From the NCBI GenBank assembly GCA_002633005.1, contig NMRA01000334.1, positions 163,778 to 227,777 of the forward strand: a stretch of 64,000 nt of DNA, in the 5' to 3' direction. How positions within the stretch are numbered: the stretch's first letter is position 1; every line of letters starts with the position of its first letter. Below, piece after piece: positions 1 to 12,462 of this stretch. The notes under the pieces are model-generated. The model did not search any database. It saw only the letters and a list, made by a program, of their open reading frames with translations, and was not told where the DNA came from. This DNA is from Phoronis australis (Eukaryota > Animalia > Phoronida). Position numbers and translations under genes: made by a program.

Positions 1-82
1 GAAATAATCGGGGAATTTACCATAGTTTGTGAAATATTTGAGATTGTGTTTTGTTTCCTCCATCCATTGTACTGTTTCACAG

Positions 83-179
83 GACTTGCACTGGCTCACA
101 CTCACATGTGCACCGCTCTGGCACTAAACTTGTCCGCCAGTAACAACGCTGAAGACACGGACACCACCCTCATCAACAA
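83..179 (+). CDS. SNX5/6-like SNX-BAR gene, internal coding exon (gene begins upstream of window)
   Basis: tttcacAG acceptor at 81-82 and GTacgc donor at 180. Encodes (x)LALAHTHMCTALALNLSASNNAEDTDTTLIN(K). The phase-2 end joins exon 950-989 in frame. Confidence 0.7.
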
Positions 180-949
180 GTACGCGCAAGTACAGGGTAT
201 TTCTAAAAATAGATCGACCGTATTTGTTTGCGTTAACGGCCATGGTTGGCAAAACAATTGCCAGTCAGAATTTTTGGAATTTTCAATCCTAGAAACCCCT
301 AATTGATTTTTCACTCTCCTAATTTATGCGATGAGGATAAAGCACTGGTGACTGAATGGGCCTCTACTCTTGAAATGCACACAATCTGTTTATTTATGAC
401 TAATCAATAGTAAATTATTTTCTGTAGTCTTTGCTGTGTGTTTTATTTGACTTTTCCAGTAAATGGCTTGCTTAAGTGCGTGCAATTCATTTGTTTTACA
501 CGAATACCTATCCTTGAGTTTTCAAAACATTTAAGTTTTCCATTCAGTACTCTGGGTGTTAACAAATACGAATATGGTATAAATTTTAAAATCACTTCAT
601 TTCAAATTAAATCCATTTTTTAAATTCATGGTATTTTTATTCAAAACAAATGCAGAATATGCTTTTTCACTATTTAAAAGCATGTTTGTGACATAATATT
701 GAACATAGGTTTTGGAGTTTTTGTAGCATTCTTTTGTGTTGTTTGAAGTAGTCATCTAATTTTGTTAATATTCAGAATGAAATATTGTTGTGTTTCTCAC
801 CACAATCTAACTTCTGTTCAGGTTGGTCATTATCTACAAGCTTGAAGCAAAGTAAACTGTTTGCATTTTGTTGTTCAGTTTTTGTTTATTTCTCGTGTGT
901 CATGTGCAATTTAATTTCCGTTTCACGTCTGGCATTTCTTTTTGTTTAG

Positions 950-989
950 ATTGCTACTGAATTTTAGTGAAGCCATAGATAATGTTAAG
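950..989 (+). CDS. SNX5/6-like BAR domain exon
   Basis: tttctttttgtttAG acceptor, GTaagc donor. Encodes (K)LLLNFSEAIDNVK, aligning to the 'KFFLKVSELFDK' region of SNX6. Confidence 0.8.
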
Positions 990-1375
990 GTAAGCTGTGC
1001 CTCTTACATGCTAACTTTAAGTTTCATTTGATGTTGCTTTGGCAAGTTGATTATGGCCAAAAATATTTCTCCAAGTCGGTGCTTTTCTCGTTTAAAGGGA
1101 TGTTTACAGCATGCATGAAATAGGAATGAATCAGTTTATCAGCAAACCTAACTTTCTGACCTCAGTTTGACCATAGACAAAAACACATACAGGAAGAAAT
1201 CTTTCCTTCATTATTTACACTTGGTTTACATTGTACATCAACAAACACACAGTGAATTTTTTGATTTTATAACGAGTTTTTGAAAAATGGAAAAACAACA
1301 ATTCTGGGAATTATTCTTTTATCAGCTTTGAGGAAATTATAGTTTAGGTGTATTAAATTTTCATGTTTGTTGTAG

Positions 1376-1462
1376 AAAGGAGTTGAGACCGTCAGTAGCT
1401 CTGATATGGACACGCTGGGATTCCAACTGGAGCTTTATGACAGATATCTGGAGTCTGTCAAG
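1376..1462 (+). CDS. SNX5/6-like BAR domain exon
   Basis: tttgttgtAG / GTaagt, 87 nt, phase 0-0. Encodes KGVETVSSSDMDTLGFQLELYDRYLESVK. Confidence 0.85.
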
Positions 1463-2676
1463 GTAAGTTTTGTCTAAGGGTCATCAAGTGCGGACATTGA
1501 TTAGCCACTCCTTTGCAAAAACGTAGTATACTTGAGCACAGTGCAAAAGGTGTTCATCTTGAGTTTGTACTAAACTAGAACGGAAAATGTAAAAAAATTG
1601 AGCTCGATTTCAGCCCCAGGTATCCCAAAGAAAAATGGACATTGGACGTCAGTTAACTATAATTGCGTAGAACAAAATTTTTTCGAAGTTTATTGGCACC
1701 GCAGTCAATTAGTTACGCCGCTCCAGTGCAGTCACTGGGCAGGTGATTTTTCAAAAACTTGTGCTGCTGCCTTAGGTCAGTTATGTAGCACCTTAATGAT
1801 AGGTCTGTGTGTTTTAGTCAACTGATTACAGCACTACAGAGTTTACAGGGGTAAAAGTATATATTTTCTGAAAGTAAAAAGCCTGTAAAGTTTTGATTTT
1901 TTTACTTTTCACCAATTTGTTATTGATTGGGTCACATGACCGTGTCTTTTTTAATGGAAAAACTTAGCAAGCCTGTTACAGTTAGCATTTAACTATGTGC
2001 CTGGATTGTATTTTGTACAGTACTATTTCACATGTTTTGCACAGAAATGGTTGTTTTTCAAACTAGGCTAATTACTGTGCTACAAATAATGGAATCTTCA
2101 TCAAATGTTGTTTTATAACATCACACAGTACAAACTTAAGTAAGTTGATAGTTAACCAATATTATCTTAATCTTTATTTTTGTTGAGGAATTTGACAGTC
2201 TGAATGAAATTTCACACTGTGCTAACGAGGTGAAGAATTGCCGCACTACTTTTTTGTATTAAGATTCCTACATTACTGCAGTTTTATAATACATCAGATA
2301 GGTGGCGCTTCATATGGTACACCATTGGACGTCTGTTACATTCATTTGTTTGATAGTCAGAATCTTATTCATGGGGAGATGTTTATGAAAAATGCCAAAT
2401 ACCCGCAAGGTTTTGCCGATGAGCTCTAAACCCTCAGGATGCAGACAACCTTGTGTCCTGTGATAGTCTCGCATGACCATATTTCTTTGAGCACAATCAG
2501 ACTGAAAGCTAGCATTAGGACGTTTGGAACAGACAACATGTCATACGAAAGACTGATCTATAAAGAAACGGTTACATGCAGTCATTTGAATGACTGGTGT
2601 TTACTTAATATTGAAGGGTTCTAATATGATATGTGTGACATTAAATAAACAGACGGACTATGTTGACATGTTGTAG

Positions 2677-2766
2677 GATATGCTATATAGACGCACTCTA
2701 CTTTTGGTGAGTTATGAAAACGCAAACAAGGCAATGGATAAAGCCAAGGCTCAGAAGAGACAATCA
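2677..2766 (+). CDS. SNX5/6-like BAR domain exon
   Basis: ttgtAG / GTaagt. Encodes DMLYRRTLLLVSYENANKAMDKAKAQKRQS, matching the SNX5/6/32 signature DLLYRRxRxLxDYENANKALDKAR. Confidence 0.9.
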
Positions 2767-4342
2767 GTAAGTGGTGAACCTACGGGAATGATTTTTAACA
2801 GGATCAGTTGGGCAAAATACGTTAAATCATATTTTGTCAACAAAAATTATTACAGTGTTGAAAATGTCTGAATGTCTTACTTCATCATTTGCCTGGTTGC
2901 AACTGTCTCTTGACAACTGACATGTTGAAGGCATTTACAGAAACAAAGCTTGGGGGATTGTGTGCAGTAAACCTTTAGTAGGTTTAAGGTTGAGCCGAGT
3001 CAGTCTGTTCAAGGTCTTTGGGTAGAGCTGACTCAGTGTCAACCGGGTTAGTGTGTGGAGTTTGTTTCATGAAAAAGTCAGTAATTTGATTTGACTTAAT
3101 ATATTCCATTTTCTGGTTTAATTACTTAAAAAGGGCTCACTTTGACTGTTGGAAACTCAACTGACAAAATGTTCAGTTTTTCACCTATGAAAATCTCCAT
3201 AATGATGTCAGGTTTTAGTAATTTTGGTTGCAAAAGATGATGGCATCTTTTGTCAGTACTGTTTCATAATGTCGTGCAGCCTCAATAATTCTCACAGTAG
3301 GGTGATATTTCTGCAACAAAACTGTTCCAAAGTGTGACTTTTTTGTGGACGCTTTCTACAAATGGGTCCCCTTTCTTAGCCCCTCTCTGTTTAGGGGAGT
3401 GTCCCATTTTTCCAGGTGCACCTCCCCATCAATAATAGTGGAGTATGCCCCCTAATTGTGGCCTACTAAACAACAAGCCCACTTTGAAATGGCACATTTT
3501 ATAAAACTTAAGGTATTAATTAATGAACTTGTCTTTACTTAAACTCTCCTCTTTCACAGTGAAGTAGAAAAATGCATGTCTGACCTACTTTTCAAGGTAT
3601 GAATCACAATTGTGTTTGTTCATGAGCCTAAGGAAGAATAATACATTGAGCATACTGCACTGATATTTGCTTTTTAGCCAATAATACAATTTCGCATGCA
3701 TTGCAATGATGAATTACATAATAATTACGATATGATATAGTGACTAGTACAGTTGCATGTGAAGAAGCAGCAAGACAAGTGCTTGACACAGGTGTTGCAT
3801 TATGGGTAAATACCTTAGAATGAGAGTGGTGCTGTGCCACATCAGGACGAGCCTATTGCAACTAACTGTGTTCTGCACTTGAAGGCTAAAGAGTCTCATG
3901 TATTGTGGGTTAAATGGCGAAGTGCATTCTTGTGCCAATTGGTTGCACATAATATAGGTACATACAATATAAGGATTAGGGGTCTGTTTCTTAAGGCTTA
4001 AGTTAGAAATTTGGTCTTACAGTCCACACAAGAGCTTTTGAAATAAGTTTTGCTTAATGAACAAAAGTGTAAATTAAGTCATTGGGAATATACTCATAAC
4101 TGCTAGCTACTGTAAATTATTTCTTGACTGACACTCTTACTACACTAATACTTGGTCAACTTTTATTCAGCAATTTTGAAGTGGGAGTATAAAATTCTAT
4201 CTCAAGTCTTAAAGCCTACCTTGAACGGTATCACTTGTCAATTTGGATACTACAGCATATTAAGAGCATCGCTCTGAGCCCACTAGTTCCACAAAGTGTC
4301 AAATGTAATGAACTGTTAGGCGTCTTGGTTTGCTTTTGTCTA

Positions 4343-4475
4343 CATCACCGCGAGAATCACCTTTAATTCAAACAGCTGCGAATAACACCCGCACGCAATG
4401 GTGTTCTTTTGAGACCCCTGTTCAATACAGCTGTTATCGGCCTTTTGTTGTTTGTGCAGGGATCTCGCGGTGATG
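4343..4475. mobile_element. Small MITE-like element
   Basis: Terminal inverted repeats catcaccgcgag(a)atc / gatctcgcggtgatg, about 130 bp apart. Confidence 0.5.
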
Positions 4476-4799
4476 CAATATGGCGCGAAAAGGCAGCTAC
4501 ACGTACCAGACGAGCCTACATTTGCGTGATTTGCTTTTTCTGATTTTACTAAAAGCTTTGTTAGGAAAAAGTTGTCAGCCCAATACATCTAAAATAACAA
4601 AATTCCGTTGAAGGTAGGCTTTATGCTACTTTTTATGCCACAGACCCCCGGATATTAACAACTAAATAGATATTCAGCTTTATGCTAACAAGCTGCCTTG
4701 AAATCCTGACTCAGTTAATATAAAGCCTGTTCTACTGGATGTTACAAACTGCGAACTTTTCAAATAATTGAGGAATCTTTCATAATTTCCTAGTGGCAA

Positions 4800-6548
4800 T
4801 CATACTTCCTCTTCAAAGGCAGTATTGTGGTGGCTATTATCAAATCTGACCACCTTTTTAGTTAAATCTATTATTCTTGGCTCAAAGTGAGGGTGAGAGT
4901 TCAAGCGAAGGTGTCCCAACTCTATGTTCACGCCATTTACAGTATTGACCGGTCGGTTAGTATTGACCGGTCCATTAGTATTGACCGGTCCGTTACCATT
5001 GACAATATCAGCATCCTTCATGGTGATGGACTCTAGCACTGAATGTGGTTTGTTGACACAGCCCTCAGTGCTACCTGCCAACACCTCATTCGTGTTATGC
5101 TCACTGTTGTAGGTAGACTTTACCTGTATGCTTCCCCCACCTTGCTCATAGTGATATGTGCTAATTATGCCATTGGATAAACTGTGATGTGGTTTCCCCT
5201 TATTTGAGTCACCCGAATTTCTTCGTGGGGAAGTCTCGGTCTGACATTCTACGGAGTATGGCTTACAACTATGCGTACTTGCTTTCCTTTCCTTTCGTAA
5301 AATATCTTCGCTCACTTGTTCTTCTTTGTCTTCTTTTATGCTGGTATCTGTCTGCGAAGCCTGGTCACACTTGGCCTTACTCTTCTTTGGCCAAGTGGAA
5401 ATTGGTGCGGTAACCCGGATTACTTTATGAGGCTGTTGTACGGTGATACTGGATTTTCTCTTCACCTGCTCACCGTTGCGTTGGGAGCGTGCTGCTGTGT
5501 TCATGCCATTCTTAGTTTCTTTCACTTCGTTAACACACTTTGTTGTTTGGCATTGGTGGGTATCTGTTTCATACGCCATGTCCTGGTCAATGCTGATTGA
5601 AAATTCAGTCACGTTTTTGTCGTTGTTGGTGCTTTTACCGTGCAATTTCTCACAATTGCCGTTGTTATTTGGTGGACTACAAATTGGCTGCTCGACGTTG
5701 CTGTTATTCGTTATTTCTTTATTGTTATTGCTGGTTGATGGTTTCTGGTTTTCTTCTCGACTTTCAGCTGGATCGCATTTTACATCATGAACAGTATTCA
5801 AGTCTAGCCGGAAGGACATCTTCTGAGCCTCAATATCAACCAAGATTTTATGGTCACTGCTATGACTTGTACTTCTCATCCCATCTTCATTGTTATCATT
5901 TCCTACTAAGTCTGGCCAAGTGGCTCCATCTACTGATGATTTCCGCGTGTTGAACGAATGCCAAGCTCTACCTATCCTTTCTTCAGGCGCCATGTGACCG
6001 TTACGACTGAAAACTTTATTGTATGAGATAGCAGCGTTTTTTGCACTTTTTGCCCACTGTGGGGGATTTTTATTCAGCACTCGAGGCCAGGGATTTGATG
6101 GCGAGATCTCGTCTTCTATGCCACATGCATTGTACATAACTACAGTTGGTGGACGATAAGAACTAATACTTGGAATGGCAGTTTTCTCAGTTTCATCCGA
6201 ATCCTCATATTCCACCAGTCCAATGTCTGACGGACACAAAGAATTGTGTCGATAATCTGATACTTGTGGAGACGGCGACGCGCTTTCCGTTGGCTCGTGC
6301 TTCCGATGCTGCCAATTGCGATTTTCGTGACGCCTCTTGTGGCAGCTCATGCCAACAACGACAATGATGATGAAAATGATGGGAGCTAGTGCAGCGACCC
6401 CTATCATCGTGTACGAGAACTGGCTGATTGTCATCCCTAGGACAGTTCGTGGCGGGATGTCAGGGACCACTACACTGTACGGTGGTATGAAGCTAGTGCG
6501 GTTGTGGTCCTGTCCAGTGTGGGACACACTAGTGGTCATGTTTGACAT
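4800..6548 (-). CDS. Intronless 582-aa single-pass (type III-like) membrane protein of unknown family, nested antisense in SNX intron 2767-11159
   Basis: 1749-nt uninterrupted ORF with an in-frame TAA 17 codons upstream of the ATG. N-terminal sequons NMT and NRT. One hydrophobic helix (MIGVAALAPIIFIIIVVVGM) followed by basic HKRRH. Long low-complexity S/N/E/K-rich tail ending KKVVRF...FEEEV. Confidence 0.85.
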   Translation of the reverse strand: MSNMTTSVSHTGQDHNRTSFIPPYSVVVPDIPPRTVLGMTISQFSYTMIGVAALAPIIFIIIVVVGMSCHKRRHENRNWQHRKHEPTESASPSPQVSDYRHNSLCPSDIGLVEYEDSDETEKTAIPSISSYRPPTVVMYNACGIEDEISPSNPWPRVLNKNPPQWAKSAKNAAISYNKVFSRNGHMAPEERIGRAWHSFNTRKSSVDGATWPDLVGNDNNEDGMRSTSHSSDHKILVDIEAQKMSFRLDLNTVHDVKCDPAESREENQKPSTSNNNKEITNNSNVEQPICSPPNNNGNCEKLHGKSTNNDKNVTEFSISIDQDMAYETDTHQCQTTKCVNEVKETKNGMNTAARSQRNGEQVKRKSSITVQQPHKVIRVTAPISTWPKKSKAKCDQASQTDTSIKEDKEEQVSEDILRKERKASTHSCKPYSVECQTETSPRRNSGDSNKGKPHHSLSNGIISTYHYEQGGGSIQVKSTYNSEHNTNEVLAGSTEGCVNKPHSVLESITMKDADIVNGNGPVNTNGPVNTNRPVNTVNGVNIELGHLRLNSHPHFEPRIIDLTKKVVRFDNSHHNTAFEEEV

Positions 6549-8349
6549 GATTGTAGTCTTGCTTTGAGTTTTTGAATAATGTTGATCTTGCTTGTTTTAT
6601 TGTCCAATGTTGAAAGTCCCTGATGCCTGGCAGATATTACTGAATTTGCCATTCAACGAACACTTAAATGTAAGTGTAGCATACCCAGCAAAGTCTCCTT
6701 TCTGGTCCTGTATCCAAAGGCAAATGTTACCCAAGTTTCCCGATATTAGAATTCCTTGTCTTCAACTCCTCACTGAGTGGAAGTCTCAGCTAGTTCCTCA
6801 TTTCCTATTGGTTGCAGTGCAGGCATTTCCATGTGCATGGAACAAAATATGCAGCAAGTTATGCTTTACCAAACTTCCAAGACGTCCTGTTACTGAGTTC
6901 TATCGCTCATTCTGAGAGAAACACGGTGCCTAACATTTCCTGTACTTTTGGTGTCTGGTGTATTCTGGAATAAATATTAAACGATGCGATGCGTCCGACG
7001 TAGTTCGGGTAAACTCTCAAGGGGAAGCTTTGAGCAGCTGTTACACGCTGGTATAAATTATTTACTTGGAGAATCTGCTAGGAGATGAATGGCTAGTCTA
7101 TCCTCTGGGGACTCCTATCATGTTGAAGATTTCTAGTACTAACCTAATTAGGATAGTCTTACCACCGGGGCATAGCCTTGGGTTAATAGAATAGGCAAGC
7201 AACATACTTAGTTAAGGTTTCTGACAGCCGATCAATTTTGGGCAACTATTGAAGTAATTGACTTTTTGTTAAGTTGTATTGCGGGAGAGAGGAATTTGGC
7301 TGATAAATGTCAATGGCAGACGAAGAAAAGTCGCTATTAATTATAGAAAGTCGCTACTCATTTAAGGGCATCTGATATCTAATAAGAAATACGCAACTTT
7401 GAATTAGTGTTTTTGCAGAATTAACCTTTCGTTGGAAGTTCTTTGGACCTATATAAGGTGTAAATTATTGGTGTGGTTTCTACGGTACATTACTGTATAA
7501 GATGTTAAGTCCAAATTTTGAAAAAAATGTTGCCATGGCTACTGACAGGATGTGGCAAAATCGACATGGGATTTTTCGGCTGGATTATTTTTGCTATGTT
7601 AACCTTGAACTGTTACTGTACTGCTTAATGTGGTTTTCTAACTTCATGTTATATAGTCCAGGCTATGAGGAGCAATATGCTAATTGTGTTGAAGATGTAA
7701 GTTTATTCAGTTTTATTGATTTCCCAAGTAAATTTAATATTAGGCATATGGCTAACATGCTTTGATAAGCAACTAAAGGATTTTATAGTCAAAATGCATT
7801 AATTGCTCTCTGATTTGCTATTTAGGCAATATTAATTATTTCAAATTCAGACTTTTTATTTTCATTCACCAGTTAGCATTGTACAATTCTTTGTAGATAA
7901 TAACTTTTCTTTGGAAATTCTTTAGTGTTTTGAACTATAAAAAGAGCTGTATCTTTCCTGGGGCGATCCAACAGACTAACTCGAGAAGCAGATTATCTAT
8001 ACTGAGTAACTAGATAAATACTGGTATCAAATTAGTTCACTTTTCTTTGTTCTAGGCAAATTTAGCTTCAAAAGTTCAATAACAATTGGCCCTAATTGTA
8101 GTGCAGTGTACTTAGATTACGTAGTTTCAAAGGACCCCCACAGGGTGCACTCTAAGTCATTGAATATCACAGAGCATGTCTTTGACAGTGGTCACATTTT
8201 GAGCAAGAAACTTAAAGCTCGGGGATCACGTTTTTGCCAAAAAGTCTATTATGGGCTGGAATGCTGTTTGATTAATTTTGCGAAAAAATGGAAGAATATT
8301 GTGCTATAGTGGGTGGATACCTTTCAGACAAATTGTATGGTCGGATTTA

Positions 8350-9716
8350 CGGTAAAGTCGCACGATTTTCGGACGGCCCGCCATTTTCAACAAAGAATAA
8401 ATATTTCCGAAATGAGTTTTTCATAGTCCACGAAATTCGTACAAGGTCCAAAAACTTTTTTCAATGATCTTTGAATTTCGGACAATGTCATAAACATCGG
8501 ATTTTTGTCCCGCGACTTTCGGACAAGGAAAATTTTAGAAACGGTAATTTGGGATCGACACAACTCCCGTGTCACTAAAACGTTCAACGGATGATTACCA
8601 CTGTATAAGGCTTGAATCCGAGAATCGGTATAACGGGCTTTGTAATTTTTACCTTGTCTTGACGATGTCACGACCGTTACTCGATTGTCTTGCATTTAGC
8701 TTGTGTTTGGCGCTTTAGCTATGAAAAGAATCACCGAGTCCTGCATGACGAAAATTTCTGATGAAAATACAAATAGGAAATACACGGAAGGCTGCAACTT
8801 TTCATTGTAGCATAACATGTGCTCTGGTTTAATTATACCGTGCTGTTCGACTTCCGACTGTGACATTGAACTTGCACGTTTCGGTTTGTAACCAGCAGAC
8901 AATGCATGGATACGTTTAACAAACATAAATATATGCTATGTTCTGGTCATTGTTCATCACTTTCTTCATTGAACTCGTTCCCACATCCATTACTGTTACG
9001 TTAAATGCAAAATTCGTAAAAATTGAGAAAGCGCATGTTTTGATGGTCAGAAACCCTCTTTGTGCGTCGAATACGCAAGTCCAGCTTTTTATTGGGAAAC
9101 CATATTAAAAAAGCGCCTATCGAGGCGCTCTTTGTGGGTTGACGGCGCAAACTCGAATTTTTTAGTGAGAAAACGCATTTTTACAAAAGAGAATCAGTTG
9201 CCTGGAACGTTTCATGTGTGTCAACAACTCAAACCAGACCCAATCATTGCAAAGCCCATATTTGTCACCAGGAAGACTCTTTTTTCACAAAGCAGCCTGC
9301 TATTTCAAGTAAGATAGCGCATTTTTGATAAGATTCCGTCACTTGCCAAGAACGGTTTTGAGCTTAGGCGATGCAAGTGGAAAATTTCATGTTGTGAAAG
9401 CGCATCTTTGAAAAGAAGAACCACCACTTGTCGCGAACGGTCTTTGTGTGTCGACAGCGCACATTTCTTATTGGGAAAGCCAGATTTTCAAAAATTAATC
9501 GCGCAGACCGTTTGAGTCTTATTGACCTGCAATTATACTGCTATCAAATGACCGAGTCATCAATGTTGATACTACGACCGCTCATCGAAATAACATACAC
9601 CCAAATTTGGAGGTCTACCAAATTCGAACACCACAAAAATGATGTTTCGTGAGATTCGTCCAAGAATGAATTTTTTCTATTAATTTTCAGTGTCCGAAAA
9701 TCGCGCTACTTTACCG
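8350..9716. mobile_element. Non-autonomous TIR DNA transposon with TA target duplication (Tc1/mariner-pogo-like)
   Basis: TA|cggtaaagtcgcacgattttcggac ... gtccgaaaatcgcgctactttaccg|TA, about 25-bp imperfect TIRs. CpG-richer interior with degenerate internal repeats. No recognisable transposase ORF. Confidence 0.8.
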
Positions 9717-11159
9717 TATGTCTGAAGCCTTCATGTGTATTTAAGCCCATGAAAAATTAGGGTAAGTACCCTCGGGGAATTGAGAGTGCAAGGTAATTGT
9801 CACCACATAATATGACGTAATTTTACGTTTTATCAAACAACTTCGTAACTGTTCAATTGCGGCCCATGAAAGGTCACGGTATTTTTTGATAAATGAAATT
9901 CAGATCCACGCCGTAAAACATTTTGCAATCATTTATTGATCAGGTGCCAGCCTTTTTTAAAAAAATGCCATTTTTTGCTTTAAAGATGAATTTCTAAAAA
10001 AAGAATGTACTGAGTGCGACCTTGTGTTTTAAATGTACATTCTTACCGTGAATAAAGGGATAACACTATTTCTGATTTTCCATTTGCCTTAAAGAACATA
10101 TTAGATATTAGACATCAAAGTCACTTTTTAACTAAGCAACATCACAAAGGGTCGTTTTTAATGGCTGTTGTTTGAAGTATAATAAAAAACTAACCAGTCA
10201 ATAAAATACATGCTCTAAGTTTTCTGAGAATCAGCCCACGTACTAAAGAGAGATGTGTGATCAAATCTGCTAAAGGTGTCAAAAATTAATAAATGGCCAA
10301 TGAAAATTTGTCATGTCAGTCATTGAATTGTCAGATCCACTGAGATCATCCCAAACAACTTGCATATTTGTCTCATAAATTGTGTAATGCGTTTTTAAAA
10401 GAATTTTTATCGGTAGCAATGCAAAATAAGGATATCTAATACAATGTGAATATTATATTTTTAAAAAAATGCACGAATGATAACAATTATGTCAGTACTG
10501 TATAAAAATATGCTATATAATGTCATCTTGTACCATGAGCCATAAACTGTATGGGGCCCATTAAGTCCCTCCATAGCTTAGACGGTACCCCTGTCTCAAC
10601 TGGCCACAGTAGACATGACATCATATCCCCTAGTGCAATCAGTGTAAAAATGGCCAGTTTCCGATTTGGGCGACTTAATGAAGGATGGTTCTAAAAAAAG
10701 TTTGATTATGGATTTGAGTTGGAGGGAATTAAAGACATCGACGGCCTCCTAAGGTGTCCCTCTATTGTCGAAAAGCTTTCGGTGTCTGGAAAACCTATGG
10801 GATGGCCACAATATCTACTGCGGCCAGAACAGACAGTGGTACTGTCTAGTCAACGCTAAGACATATAAACAACCATGGAATCTTCAGTTTTTATTTGGCA
10901 AAGAATTCATTATAACATGTCTGATAAAGATGAACCTTCAACTTGAATGTGGGCGACGATCACGGTTTTACCATCAACTACGTTTCATTTTGTACAAAAA
11001 TGCAGTGCCGCCTTGGCAAAAAATGCCTACATCTGTCTTAGCTATGACCAGGCTCGGGACTTTTGATATATGGAGCCACTGTTCTACATCTGTGTCAATA
11101 TTTAGAACTTGTTTCACTGTCTTGGCTACCATTGTTGATTATCAATTGTTTATTTTTAG

Positions 11160-11225
11160 GCTGAGGAAGTCAAAGAAGCTGCAGAGAAGGCATTTGAAGC
11201 TTGCTCAGAATCTGCCAAAGTTGAG
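11160..11225 (+). CDS. SNX5/6-like BAR domain exon
   Basis: ttatttttAG / GTaaca, 66 nt, phase 0-0. Encodes AEEVKEAAEKAFEACSESAKVE (cf. SNX6 'AE..QQ.CCQKFEKISESAKQE'). Confidence 0.88.
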
Positions 11226-12462
11226 GTAACAATACATGGTGTACGGTACATTGGACAAAATGCTGTTTTCCTACCATGGTTGCTTAACCAGTAAATATGA
11301 CTTGTAGTAGCACTACTGGGGCAGCAAATTAGCAAAATAAAGCAATCCATCAAAAACATTGACCAGACTTCTTTTGATGTAAGTGTTCGAGATGAATCTC
11401 AACATGCTGTTACGGTTTTCAACAAAAGTAATAATTTTGTTTTTTTACAATGCAGCATTTAATTTTTTACATGAAAATCATAAAAGGTCTATTTTTAGAA
11501 CCCCTCGATGCAAAAGTGGGGCATTTAAAGAACAATTCGTTACGGCGTTTTGTAGAACTATGGTGCTTAAATCATAGCATGTAGACGTTTCATGTGAATC
11601 TGACTGGCCATTTCTGGGATATGTTTGGACGTTCGCCAAGTATGGACATTTTTCTAAGTTTCCATGCAACGTTAAAACAGGGATCACTACCAAATCACAT
11701 AGACTGGCATTATTACTATAACTGTCATGCTCACCAATGTCATGGCTTGATTTTTGGTCATGTGACACGAAGCGTACACATTATTTTTTGTGCTGGTTTG
11801 ACGTTAATCTCAATTTTCCGAGAAAAGAATTGATCAAAAAACGGGAAGCTGTGAGTTGAAAATTGAAACTAGATAGGAACCAAATAGCTCTGAAATGTTT
11901 TTGTCCCACTTTAAATGGCTGTTTTGCAATTAAAATTGATTTTTTACCTAAGAGAACAGTTTCCATATGAATACATTTTTGTAAATTGAATTTTATCTGT
12001 ATTTACTTACGCACTCCCTTTTTGTGGTAAAAATACTTGTTTGCTTAAAAAATACAAACATTAAAGGTAATCTTTCACCTATTCAGCAAACGATATGGCA
12101 GACATGTGAAACTTCATCTTGTCAAATTTATTAACAAAAGTAAATGAGTGAGAAGAAAATTTTAGTCTGTTGTTAGCTTAGTTTGTAGTGTACAAATTTC
12201 ATAAAACAACACTTGATAGAGTTTGAAATGTTCAGCCTTTGAAAAATTACTATTTTGGCAATTGTTTTTTTGCAAAAAAGTGAACATTTGGATCATGGAA
12301 AATGGTAAGTTTTCTTGAGTTTCTGATAATGACCAAATTATTTCTCAGTGTCAAAGTGACTTTGTGTCAGTAAAATGTTCAGTTAATAATTCAATAATTC
12401 TACCAATTCTACCAATAGCGTCTGCAAGTGAACACCAAATGATTAACCTTTAATATTCCCAG

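Noticed and set aside
4924-6915. Plus-strand ORFs overlapping the 582-aa gene (likewise the minus-strand ORFs within LRRN)
   Set aside because: Antisense shadows of real coding sequence with no independent motifs or splice support.
10650-11229. 154-aa ORF 10765-11229 and nearby coding-looking sequence
   Set aside because: No recognisable homology. It overlaps the true SNX exon 11160-11225 in a different frame.
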